60,624 nt of DNA, taken from Rhodothermales bacterium. Lineage in GTDB: Bacteria > Bacteroidota > Rhodothermia > Rhodothermales > JABDKH01. Each line of letters opens with the position of its first letter. Within the stretch, counting starts at the first letter, position 1. The notes under the pieces were generated by a model, which worked only from the letters and a program-made list of their open reading frames with translations, made no database searches and had not been told where the DNA came from. This document shows positions 8,512 through 17,652 of this stretch, in pieces. The position numbers were made by a program, and so were the translations under genes. Where the stretch lies: assembly GCA_028284545.1 (NCBI GenBank), contig JANQRN010000248.1, positions 1 to 60,624 on the forward strand, in the 5' to 3' direction.

Positions 8512-11500
8512 ATGTTTCGCGTTAGCGACTCGGAAATGCTAGCATTAAGGTCGGGCATGCGGACCGCACTTGTTCTGTATCTAGGTGCCGTGGTGCTGTC
8601 TGGTTGCGCAGGCAGCGGGCGAACGGTAAGTGAGCGTGACATCGCCTTGTCCAAGGCGAGCCTTGCCATCCTTGATATTGCCGCAGAGCGTTCCTTCAGT
8701 CCGCACTCTGGGGTGGACTCGGTATTCGTGGGAAACGATTCGGTTGAGGTCTTCCTGAACGAAGACTTCGCCAACGCTCCGATCCGAGAACAGATGGTCT
8801 CCGAACTCGCGTCACGTGTTCGACGGGCCCTTGGAAAACGTTTTCAAGGTCGGGACGTCGTGCTCTACTCCCGTGGGAGTCGTATTGAATCACTCGTTCC
8901 GAACGTATTCCGGGAACGGCAACCAATAGACGACTCCAGACTGACCCCAGCCACGACAGCGGAATCGGGGTCAGAACCCATTATTTACTCTGGTTCGCCG
9001 GTCGTGACGTACCCCAATAGCCTCGAACGCCCGTCCGCCGGGCTCTTCGGACGCCACATCGCCCTGTGGCCGAGCCACGGCTGGTACTACGAACCAGCAC
9101 TGGACCGGTGGGAGTGGCAACGGGCGCGCATATTCCAGACAGTTGAGGACAAGCTTCCGTTGTCGTTCGTGCTGAAATATCTGGTTCCCATGCTCGAAAA
9201 CGCAGGGTCTGAGGTCTACCTGCCGCGCGAGCGCGATACGCAGCACCACATGGTCATCGTTGATCACGATGGTTCTTCAGGTCAGAGCCAATACGCCGAG
9301 TTGGCTTCGGGTGAAACGGGCTTCGGTAGTGCCGGTCCCGGTTTTGCCCTTGGGACCATGCCCTACGAAGATGCACACAACCCTTTTCGCGCCGGGCTTC
9401 ATCGCGTCCTACCCGCTGCCGCTGAAGGCCCGGCGAGTGTCATGTGGGTCCCCGAGATCCCCGTAGACGGCCAATATGCCGTGTACCTGTCGTACGGCAA
9501 ACAAGCGGAAGCCTGCGCTGCTGCCACGTATTTCATACGGCACGGCGGTGGCGAAACACCCCTTTTGGTCGACCAGTCACGTGGTGCCGGCACCTGGATC
9601 TATGCCGGCTCGTACCAGTTCGCATCGGGTCGATCGCAGACCGATGGTGCGGTAGTATTGACAAACGATTCCGCCGAAAACTGCACGCTCTCAGCTGACG
9701 CTGTTCGCTTCGGTGGCGGCACGGGTGTAATAAGACGCGGAGAATCGACTAGCAGGCGCCCCCGATACTTGGAAGCCGCGCGATACCACCTGCAGTTTGC
9801 GGGGGCGCCGGACTCGCTGGTGTACGATCTCTCGAATGAGATTGAGGACTACAGAGACGACTATCGCTCCCGGGGTGAATGGGTGAACTGGCTGCGTGGG
9901 GCACCTTTTGGTCCCAACAAAGATCGCGAGTCAGACGGGCTCAACATCCCAATCGACGCAGCGTTGGCGTTTCACACAGATGCAGGTATCGCGGGGCCAG
10001 ATTCAAGCATTGGGACACTTCTGATCTATAGTTCGACGGCACTCGATTCTGCACGTTCATTCCCTGACGGCATGTCGAGAATGGCGAATCGGGATCTGGC
10101 TGACATTCTTCAAACCCAGATCGTCGAAGACGTTCGGGTGAAATACGATCCTGATTGGCGCCGCCGGGCACTGTGGGATCGTGAATACTCTGAGGCTGTG
10201 CGTCCCAACGTCCCGTCGGCTCTACTTGAACTACTTTCTCATCAGAACTTCCATGACATGCGCTATGGGTTGGACCCGCGCTTTCAGTTCGACACCGCCC
10301 GCAGCATGTATAAAGGTCTGCTGCGGTTCCTCAGTGTACAGCATGGAACTGAGTATGTAGTTCAGCCACTACCCATAAATCACTTCAGTGTAACGCTTGA
10401 GGACGATTCCGCAGTTCTTTCGTGGCAGGGTGTTGAGGATCCGCTGGAGCCGACAGCCGGCGCCGACCGGTATATCGTCCAGAGGCGTGTAGGAGACGAT
10501 GCCTGGGACCAGGGCGTCGTTGTGCGAACGACGTCCGCGCGAATTCCTGTGGATAGCACGAATACCGTCTATAGCTTCCGCGTAGCCGCCGTCAACGATG
10601 GCGGTCGCAGCATGTCTTCAGAGGTCCTGTCAGTAGGTCGCGCAGCCGGGCAGCCCGTTCGTATTATAGATGCCTTTGATCGCGTATCGGCACCGGCCTC
10701 GTTCATGGCTGGCGAGGTTGGCGGGTTTGCCAGCTGGATTGATCAAGGCGTTCCTGACGGTTTCGATATCAGCTATACCGGACCTCAGTTCAACTTCGAC
10801 GTAGCAGCGCCCTGGCTCGACGACGACGCGCCTGGTTTTGGTGCTTCGCATGCCGCTTTTGAGGCGAGCGCTATCGCCGGTAATACGCGCAACTTCTCCG
10901 GCGTTCACGGGAGGGCGCTTCTGGATGCCGGGTATTCGTTCGACTCGATATCCGACGAAGCCGTGATCGCGGATTCCACGGCGCTGGACGGTTATCGGGT
11001 TGTCAATGTATTGTTGGGAGAGGAGAAGGCGACATTCCTACCAAAGAGCGATGTGAGCCGCTTCAAGTCATTCACAGACGAGATGCAGCATGTACTCAGG
11101 CGGTATCAAGCCCGCGGCGGCGCGCTATTGGCGTCGGGGGCGTACGTCGGGACTGACCTGAGCGGCAGCCAGAAAGACTCGACTTTCGCCGCAGAAGTTC
11201 TGCGGTTTCGTTTTCGGACGGGGCACGCCTCTACGACGGGATCGGTGTACGGTGTACGCAACCGAGCAGACATCGCAGTGCCCGAGATGTCCTTTGTGAC
11301 GGATTTGAATTCGCGGCAGTACGCTGTCGAGGCTCCGGACGCCATTGAGCCGGTTGCCGATGGGATCCGTTTCATGCGATATCGGGATACCAACATGAGC
11401 GCAGCCGTAGCACATTCCGGTCCCGTTGGGCGCACTGTTGTTTTCGGATTTCCGATTGAGTCTGTAACGACAGCCGAATCGCGCTCGGCGCTGATGACCG

Positions 11501-11535
11501 CGGCCATGTCATTCTTAACAGCAGACCATCGATGA
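8512..11535 (+). CDS. Lipoprotein with N-acetylmuramoyl-L-alanine amidase (Amidase_3)-like core, inserted beta-sandwich domain and Fn3 domain ('xanthan lyase'-labelled Bacteroidota family)
   Basis: Lipobox LSGC; Zn-amidase-like motifs LWPSHG, QTVED, AFHTDA, LLELLSH; Fn3 VLSW...YSFRVAAVNDGG. The true start may be 8536 or 8557. Confidence 0.7.
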   Translation: MFRVSDSEMLALRSGMRTALVLYLGAVVLSGCAGSGRTVSERDIALSKASLAILDIAAERSFSPHSGVDSVFVGNDSVEVFLNEDFANAPIREQMVSELASRVRRALGKRFQGRDVVLYSRGSRIESLVPNVFRERQPIDDSRLTPATTAESGSEPIIYSGSPVVTYPNSLERPSAGLFGRHIALWPSHGWYYEPALDRWEWQRARIFQTVEDKLPLSFVLKYLVPMLENAGSEVYLPRERDTQHHMVIVDHDGSSGQSQYAELASGETGFGSAGPGFALGTMPYEDAHNPFRAGLHRVLPAAAEGPASVMWVPEIPVDGQYAVYLSYGKQAEACAAATYFIRHGGGETPLLVDQSRGAGTWIYAGSYQFASGRSQTDGAVVLTNDSAENCTLSADAVRFGGGTGVIRRGESTSRRPRYLEAARYHLQFAGAPDSLVYDLSNEIEDYRDDYRSRGEWVNWLRGAPFGPNKDRESDGLNIPIDAALAFHTDAGIAGPDSSIGTLLIYSSTALDSARSFPDGMSRMANRDLADILQTQIVEDVRVKYDPDWRRRALWDREYSEAVRPNVPSALLELLSHQNFHDMRYGLDPRFQFDTARSMYKGLLRFLSVQHGTEYVVQPLPINHFSVTLEDDSAVLSWQGVEDPLEPTAGADRYIVQRRVGDDAWDQGVVVRTTSARIPVDSTNTVYSFRVAAVNDGGRSMSSEVLSVGRAAGQPVRIIDAFDRVSAPASFMAGEVGGFASWIDQGVPDGFDISYTGPQFNFDVAAPWLDDDAPGFGASHAAFEASAIAGNTRNFSGVHGRALLDAGYSFDSISDEAVIADSTALDGYRVVNVLLGEEKATFLPKSDVSRFKSFTDEMQHVLRRYQARGGALLASGAYVGTDLSGSQKDSTFAAEVLRFRFRTGHASTTGSVYGVRNRADIAVPEMSFVTDLNSRQYAVEAPDAIEPVADGIRFMRYRDTNMSAAVAHSGPVGRTVVFGFPIESVTTAESRSALMTAAMSFLTADHR

Positions 11536-13172
11536 CTGACGGTTGGATTGATAAGACCCTCTCCGCGCTGTCGATCGAGCAACGAATCGGACAACTACTT
11601 GCGCCGCGCGCCTTCTCGCACTACGTCCCGCGAGATAGCGATGCATTCAAGCATCTCCTGCGGCTGACGACGGAGATCGGTGTCGGAGGATTCGTGCTTT
11701 TCCAGGGCCAGGTGATGGGACAGGCTCAGCTCGTCACGGAGTTGCAGGACGTGGCCGACGTCCCGCTGCTATTCGGGCAGGATGCTGAGTGGGGTGTCGG
11801 CATGAGACTTGACGACGCAACGTCCTTCCCGAGCATGGCCGCGATTGCCGCAACGCGAAACACTGACCACGCCTACAACCTCGGCAGTGTGACTGCCGCC
11901 GAGGCGCGGGCGCTCGGTGTCCACCACGTCTACGCTCCGGTGGTGGACATAAACAGTAACCCCGCCAATCCGATCATCAACGTGCGTTCATTCGGCGAAG
12001 ACGCGGAACTCGTGGCAGAAATGGGCGCGGCGGTGGTACGCGGACTCAACGACGGAGGTGTGCTCTCTACAGCGAAGCACTTTCCGGGGCACGGCGACAC
12101 GAGCGTAGACTCACACGCAGATCTACCTGTTCTCCCGTTTGACATTGATCGCCTCGAGGCACTCGAGTGGATTCCGTTTGTGTCAGCGATCGAGGCGGGC
12201 GTATCAAGTGTAATGGTCGGCCATCTAGCGATGCCTGCGATCGATGGCGCTGATGCCGGCCCGGCGTCCCTTTCGAAACGCGTCGTCACCGGGCTGTTAC
12301 GCGAACGCCTGGGTTTCGACGGCCTGATCACGACAGACGCTATGGACATGCAGGGCGTTAGAAAGCGCTACGGAGCGGGTGAAGCAGCCGTGCGTGCCGT
12401 GGAGGCTGGTGTCGATATCGTAATGGTCTCGCCCGACGACTATGAGGCCTATGCGGCCCTGAGCGAAGCGGTTGAGACCGGGCGCTTGTCAGCCGACAGG
12501 ATTGCGTCTTCCGCAAGGAGGGTACTTAGCGCAAAGGCATCATTGGGCCTGCCGACGGCCCGCTACGCCGGAACAGGCATTGTCCGGAAAACCGTTGGCT
12601 GCCACGATCACTTTCTTGCAGCCAGACGCGCTGCCGACGCTGCGGTGACGCTCTTGAAGAACGACGACGTTGTCCCGCTCCCACCGGAGGCGTCGGTCTT
12701 GATTGTCACGCTCAACGACACGAAGGAGCGTGGGCGCACCAAAACGTTTGTCGGCAGCATGAAAAAGAGTCGGACGGGCGCTACCCAATCCATCGAACTC
12801 GGTCGCAACGTATTTGCCGAGGAGGTCGGCCGTGTTCTCGAGGCTGCCGAATTGGCCGACATTGTGGTCCTCAACCTCGTGGTTGCGGTACGTTCGTTTT
12901 CGGGCCAGATCGGGGTACCGGTACAGCACGTCGAGTTGATTAGGTCGTTGACTCGCGGGAAACAGAAGTCAAAGACCGTTCTGGTGTCACTGGGGAGTCC
13001 GTACGTTGCCGCGGAGTTCGCCTTTGACATGGATGCCGTCGTGTTGGGCTACGGTCATGCCGAGTGCATGCAGCAGGCCTGCGCCGCAGTTCTTATTGGC
13101 TCACAGTCCAGCCCGGGGCGACTGCCCATCACCTTGTCCGACGAATTCCCGATCGGAGCAGGAGGGGCCTAG
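11532..13172 (+). CDS. nagZ: GH3 beta-N-acetylglucosaminidase
   Basis: KHFPGHGDTSVDSH NagZ signature, RSFGED, nucleophile TDAMDM; no signal peptide; ATGA overlap with the upstream gene. Confidence 0.88.
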   Translation: MTDGWIDKTLSALSIEQRIGQLLAPRAFSHYVPRDSDAFKHLLRLTTEIGVGGFVLFQGQVMGQAQLVTELQDVADVPLLFGQDAEWGVGMRLDDATSFPSMAAIAATRNTDHAYNLGSVTAAEARALGVHHVYAPVVDINSNPANPIINVRSFGEDAELVAEMGAAVVRGLNDGGVLSTAKHFPGHGDTSVDSHADLPVLPFDIDRLEALEWIPFVSAIEAGVSSVMVGHLAMPAIDGADAGPASLSKRVVTGLLRERLGFDGLITTDAMDMQGVRKRYGAGEAAVRAVEAGVDIVMVSPDDYEAYAALSEAVETGRLSADRIASSARRVLSAKASLGLPTARYAGTGIVRKTVGCHDHFLAARRAADAAVTLLKNDDVVPLPPEASVLIVTLNDTKERGRTKTFVGSMKKSRTGATQSIELGRNVFAEEVGRVLEAAELADIVVLNLVVAVRSFSGQIGVPVQHVELIRSLTRGKQKSKTVLVSLGSPYVAAEFAFDMDAVVLGYGHAECMQQACAAVLIGSQSSPGRLPITLSDEFPIGAGGA

Positions 13173-13173
13173 T

Positions 13174-14718
13174 CTAGTCTGCCTCAGACAGCGCGTAGGC
13201 GCGGCCACGTAGGCTGAATTCCGGGCTCTCTGCGCCGAGGCCGCTGACAGCAGTGACGACCACTCGGGCGGGCTCCTCGCCGTTGACGCCCAAATCCAAC
13301 GCGCGAATCCAGCCGGGAACGATGCGGGTCTGCCAACCTGAACGATAGCGTGTCTTCACCACCCACAGGCGTGGGTCGGTACCGGATCCGGGCACGAGGA
13401 GCAGACGGTGTCGTCCGCTCAGATCGTCCCAAATGGCGCTTGGTTGCGCGGGCGGAACGCTGTTCAGCCACGGCGTATCCGGGACCAGCGCCTGCGTCGC
13501 ATAGGCCTGATCCGCCAACGCTCGCCCCATTCCTGTCGGGTGCGACATCAGCGCCTTCATGCTGAAGTGTACGTTGCCCTCTGCACCCGGCACGCCTCGC
13601 GTGACCGCGATCTGCGACAGAATCTCCTCTGGCTCCCAGATCGTGTTGTTCTGGGCAATGACGCGCGACGTGTAGTTGCCAGGCCACAGGTGCCTGGACG
13701 CCAGGTTTTGCTCGTTCCACCAGTCCAATAAGACCGGATAACTCTGTTCCGGTTTTTCGATCGACCAGTATAACTGGGGCGTGAGGTAGTCAACCCATCC
13801 GTTGTGAAACCACTTGCGGGCGTCCGCAAAGATTCGATCATAGGCGTCAAATCCCTCGATCTGCTCTGGGTACCCAGGGCGCCATATGCCGAACGGACTT
13901 ATACCAACCTTCACGTTTGACTTCGCCTGCTTTACGCGCTGATAGAGCTCCTCTACCAACGTGTCGACATTGTTGCGTCGCCAGTCGTTCAGGCTCTGGT
14001 CCGGGTTCAACGCGCGCGCCGCAGCAAACGTCACGGTATCAGGAAACGGAATCTCCACGCCGGCAGAGTCACTTATCGCGTACGGATAGAAGTAGTCGTC
14101 GAGGTGAATCCCGTCGATGTCGTAGCGGCGCACTACATCGAGGATGACCTCCAGCACGTATTCCCGTCCCGCCTCGCTGCCCGGGTCGATCCACTGTTGT
14201 TCGCCATACTGCAGGACCGCCTCGGGATGGGTTCGGCTCACATGTTTCGGATGCGCGGGTGTCGAAGCGGTGCGGTGTCGGGCCCGGTAGGGATTGAACC
14301 AGGCGTGGAGTTCAAGACCGCGACGATGCGCCTCTTCGACGGCAAACTCCAGCGGGTCGTAGAAAGTGAACGGCGGTGTACCCTGCGCACCCGTCAAGTA
14401 CTCAGACCAGGGTTCATAGGCACTCACATAGAGTGCGTCTGCGGCCGGTCGCACCTGGAGAATGATGGCGTTGAGGTTGAGCGCGACGGCACGATCGAGA
14501 ATCAGACGCAATTCGGACTGCTGGTCAGCCGCACTCAGACCCGGTTGCGATGGCCAATCGATGTTCGCCACCGTGGCGACCCAGGCAGCGCGAAACTCTC
14601 GCGGCGTCTCGGGCGCGGGTTGGTTGAGTTCGGCTTCGGTCAGCCCACGTGTACCCGCACAACCGGCGAGCAATGTGACGAGGAGGATGTTGGCAATGCC
14701 GTGGTACTGCGTCTTCAA
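13174..14718 (-). CDS. GHL10-family (YddW/DigH-like) glycoside hydrolase lipoprotein
   Basis: Lipobox LLAGC; REFRAAWVATVANIDWPS, ELHAWFNPYR, DGIHLDDYFYPY, GISPFGIW, PQLYW motifs. Confidence 0.88.
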   Translation of the reverse strand: MKTQYHGIANILLVTLLAGCAGTRGLTEAELNQPAPETPREFRAAWVATVANIDWPSQPGLSAADQQSELRLILDRAVALNLNAIILQVRPAADALYVSAYEPWSEYLTGAQGTPPFTFYDPLEFAVEEAHRRGLELHAWFNPYRARHRTASTPAHPKHVSRTHPEAVLQYGEQQWIDPGSEAGREYVLEVILDVVRRYDIDGIHLDDYFYPYAISDSAGVEIPFPDTVTFAAARALNPDQSLNDWRRNNVDTLVEELYQRVKQAKSNVKVGISPFGIWRPGYPEQIEGFDAYDRIFADARKWFHNGWVDYLTPQLYWSIEKPEQSYPVLLDWWNEQNLASRHLWPGNYTSRVIAQNNTIWEPEEILSQIAVTRGVPGAEGNVHFSMKALMSHPTGMGRALADQAYATQALVPDTPWLNSVPPAQPSAIWDDLSGRHRLLLVPGSGTDPRLWVVKTRYRSGWQTRIVPGWIRALDLGVNGEEPARVVVTAVSGLGAESPEFSLRGRAYALSEAD

Positions 14719-14756
14719 CTTCTTCTTGTGGACTCTCGTTCTCGGGTTATCCGCCG

Positions 14757-15689
14757 CTATTCCGTCGGCACACGTTTTTCGTAGCGGGAAAAGGTACGCG
14801 AAACGTACGCTCCAACCGCTCGCTCATAGAAGGAAACCGGGCCGACCCAGGATATTGTCGCATCTGGGTAACCCGAGCGAGCAAGGTCAACCAGGCAGCG
14901 CCTCAACAGGACCGCCCCAAGCCCGCGCCCGCGGTATTCGGGTCTCGTTCCCATCGGACCGAACCAGCCAAGTGCCTTGTTGTTGGCTGAGTGGGTTGCA
15001 AAGGCTACGACGAATCCCGGTCCTGCAGATTCGTCCACCGCAATGTGGATTGCGAGTGGGTCACAGTGGAGTGCGTTCGACACTTCGCCTTGCCACGGAG
15101 GCCAGTGTGCATTGATTAGCGCCGATAGTCCAACGACATCGGACGGAACGACACGACGAACGCTAATGCCGCTTTCCCTGAGTGCGGTTTCGGATTGAGT
15201 CGTGCTAAAGTCTCGACCCTGCAAGTTCACCTGCATGTCATACACGGTCCCGACGTACTCGAACCCCGATCGCTCGAAGAAAGCGATGGCCTCGGAATCT
15301 GCGTCGACGCCTGGTTGAAGGTAGTTCGGAGGAGATTCGCCAAGGCGAATGTTTTTCGTGCCAGTCGCTTCCAGGGCGGCGGTCGTCGCACCGAGAAGAC
15401 TGCTGCCGATTCCTCGGTGCTGACGCGACCGCGTCACCGCAATCATCTTTATTGCACTTCCGTCGACAGTTGTCGAGCGGTTGACGCCGGCCGCAAAACC
15501 GACGATTGCACCGCTGCGCTCGGTAGCGACAAGGCGCAGGTTTGGGCTGACGTCGGCATCCTCCCACAACTTCTCATGAAGTGTGGCGGCCGAAATGCGT
15601 CGGGTCGCACCCTCGTTCCAAATATCCGTCAGGGCCTCAACATCGGCCGGTTCGGCGTGTCGAATGCTAGCTTGCAGCGGCGTCCTCAT
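14757..15689 (-). CDS. Tandem GNAT-domain N-acetyltransferase
   Basis: Two acetyl-CoA motif-A copies (RQHRGIG and YRGRGLG) and GWFGPMGT. Start set at ATG 15689, overlapping the AmpG stop. Confidence 0.8.
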   Translation of the reverse strand: MRTPLQASIRHAEPADVEALTDIWNEGATRRISAATLHEKLWEDADVSPNLRLVATERSGAIVGFAAGVNRSTTVDGSAIKMIAVTRSRQHRGIGSSLLGATTAALEATGTKNIRLGESPPNYLQPGVDADSEAIAFFERSGFEYVGTVYDMQVNLQGRDFSTTQSETALRESGISVRRVVPSDVVGLSALINAHWPPWQGEVSNALHCDPLAIHIAVDESAGPGFVVAFATHSANNKALGWFGPMGTRPEYRGRGLGAVLLRRCLVDLARSGYPDATISWVGPVSFYERAVGAYVSRTFSRYEKRVPTE

Positions 15690-17544
15690 CGGTATCTGCA
15701 TCTGCCTCGTCAGTTCGGCGACCGAACTCGGGATCGATCCGCACAAACGTCGAAACTGCGAACGCCGGGATCGTGGCAATCAAGATCCAGACAAAGAAGT
15801 TCTTGTACCCGACGATCTCCTGAAGCCAGCCGCTGAACATACCGGGTATCATCATGCCGAGTGCCATGAGGCCGGTGCAGATCGCGTAGTGCGCCGTCTT
15901 GTGTTCGCCCTCAGACACCATGATGAGGTACAGAAGGAATGCGGTGAACCCGAAACCATAGCCAAACTGCTCGACGGCAACGCACAAGTTGATCACGAGC
16001 CAGGAGTCCGGGGTCGTCGTAGCGAGGAACAGGTATACGGCATTGGGAATGTTCATAGCGACGATCATCGGCCAGAACCAACGCCTGAGGCCGTCGCGCG
16101 AGGCGAGGATTCCACCTACAATTCCGCCGAGTGTCAATGCCAGGACGCCGACCGTTCCGTACACAAATCCGACTTCACCGGTCGTAAGCGCGAGCCCGCC
16201 GACATCTGACGAATCCAGGAGAAACGGCGCGGCCAATTTCACGAGCTGCGCCTCAGAGAAGCGGTAGAGCAGGATGAAAGCGACGATGACACCGATTCCC
16301 GGCTTCCTGAAGAAAGAGGCGAATGTCTCGGCGAAGTCGCCGATCAATCCGCGGCCGCTGCCGGTCGGTCTGTCTGTGCTGGGCCGTGGCAGCACAAACC
16401 GATGGAACGCCGCCAGGACTACGAAAAGAACGGCAAGCAGCGCAAACACGGATCCCCAGGCAAGGACGACGTTGCCGGATCGTACCTCAAACGTCGCGCT
16501 GGCGTCAGATCTTAGCCGCGGGTCTGCTCTGAAAACGACCGCGGCCGGAACGGCCGCGTTGTCTGGCGTAATTCGGAGTCGGGCCCCCTCGGCAACGCTG
16601 ATGCTCTTGTTACCAGACGCGATGTCGACATTCACAACTATCGGAGACGCGACTGTTCCGCTACCGATCTTGAGGTACGAGACCGCTACATTGCCGCGGA
16701 GGGCGTCTGCCTCGACGTCAACATCAAACACAGCCCGAAGGCCGCGCTCGATCGGCGCCGCAATGAATCGCGCCCAGGCGGCACCGACTGTCCGCGTCCA
16801 AAGCCCTGGCGACTCGTCGACCGTGGAAGGGGCGTCAACAAAGCCGTGGCGGACATTCCAACGGTGCGCTGCAGCAATAAGCGAATCAGGCGCCGAATTG
16901 CCAGATGCGCCGAGTCGGATTTCGCTCCCCGCCTTCGCGGTTACGAATGCATCGGCTGTCGACGCGAACACGCTGTCTGCGGGCACCGCAAACGGAGGTG
17001 ACGCAGCGGCCTCAGTCCTGACGGAGACATCGATCGTTCGCGTGGGCAATCCTGTCGACGACTCGATCGACCCGGCCAGGATCACGAGGAGCCCCTGTCC
17101 CGTAATGACCGCAAGACGATAGAACGTACTCCGAATCCCGACGAACCATGCCTGGTCCTTCTCCGAGAGCCCAAGCATGTAAAACCCGTCGGCGGCGATG
17201 TCATGCGTCGCAGAACTGAAGGCAAGCAGCCACAAGAACGCCAGCGAGTACTTGAAGAACATCGGTCCCGGAAGCGTCAGGGCTACCCCTGCGAGACCGG
17301 CTCCGATAATTACCTGCATCAGCAGGATCCAGAAACGCTTGGTGCGTACCGTGTCGACAAGCGGGCTCCAGATTGGCTTGATCACCCAGGGCAGGTAGAG
17401 CCAACTGGTGTACAATGCGATCTCGGCGTTTGAGATGCCGAAACGCTTGTACATGATCACAGCAACCTGCATCACGACGATGTAGGGAATGCCCTCGGCG
17501 AAGTAGAGGGAGGGGACCCAGGACCAGGCTCGTTTTCTGGACAA
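15667..17544 (-). CDS. ampG: AmpG-family MFS muropeptide permease with a large soluble insertion
   Basis: LYFAEGIPY, KPIWSPLVD, SATHDIAADG, YRFSEA, HYAICTGLMA motifs of Bacteroidota AmpG-like transporters. Confidence 0.82.
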   Translation of the reverse strand: MSRKRAWSWVPSLYFAEGIPYIVVMQVAVIMYKRFGISNAEIALYTSWLYLPWVIKPIWSPLVDTVRTKRFWILLMQVIIGAGLAGVALTLPGPMFFKYSLAFLWLLAFSSATHDIAADGFYMLGLSEKDQAWFVGIRSTFYRLAVITGQGLLVILAGSIESSTGLPTRTIDVSVRTEAAASPPFAVPADSVFASTADAFVTAKAGSEIRLGASGNSAPDSLIAAAHRWNVRHGFVDAPSTVDESPGLWTRTVGAAWARFIAAPIERGLRAVFDVDVEADALRGNVAVSYLKIGSGTVASPIVVNVDIASGNKSISVAEGARLRITPDNAAVPAAVVFRADPRLRSDASATFEVRSGNVVLAWGSVFALLAVLFVVLAAFHRFVLPRPSTDRPTGSGRGLIGDFAETFASFFRKPGIGVIVAFILLYRFSEAQLVKLAAPFLLDSSDVGGLALTTGEVGFVYGTVGVLALTLGGIVGGILASRDGLRRWFWPMIVAMNIPNAVYLFLATTTPDSWLVINLCVAVEQFGYGFGFTAFLLYLIMVSEGEHKTAHYAICTGLMALGMMIPGMFSGWLQEIVGYKNFFVWILIATIPAFAVSTFVRIDPEFGRRTDEADADTDEDAAAS

Positions 17545-17652
17545 GTGCGATTCCTGAAGATTAGCGGCAGCAGAAGATAGCCAATCTGCGTCTCCGGCCG
17601 GTTTGTATCTTACGCGTCCCCTCGCTGATCAAGGCCCAACTCCAACGAACAC

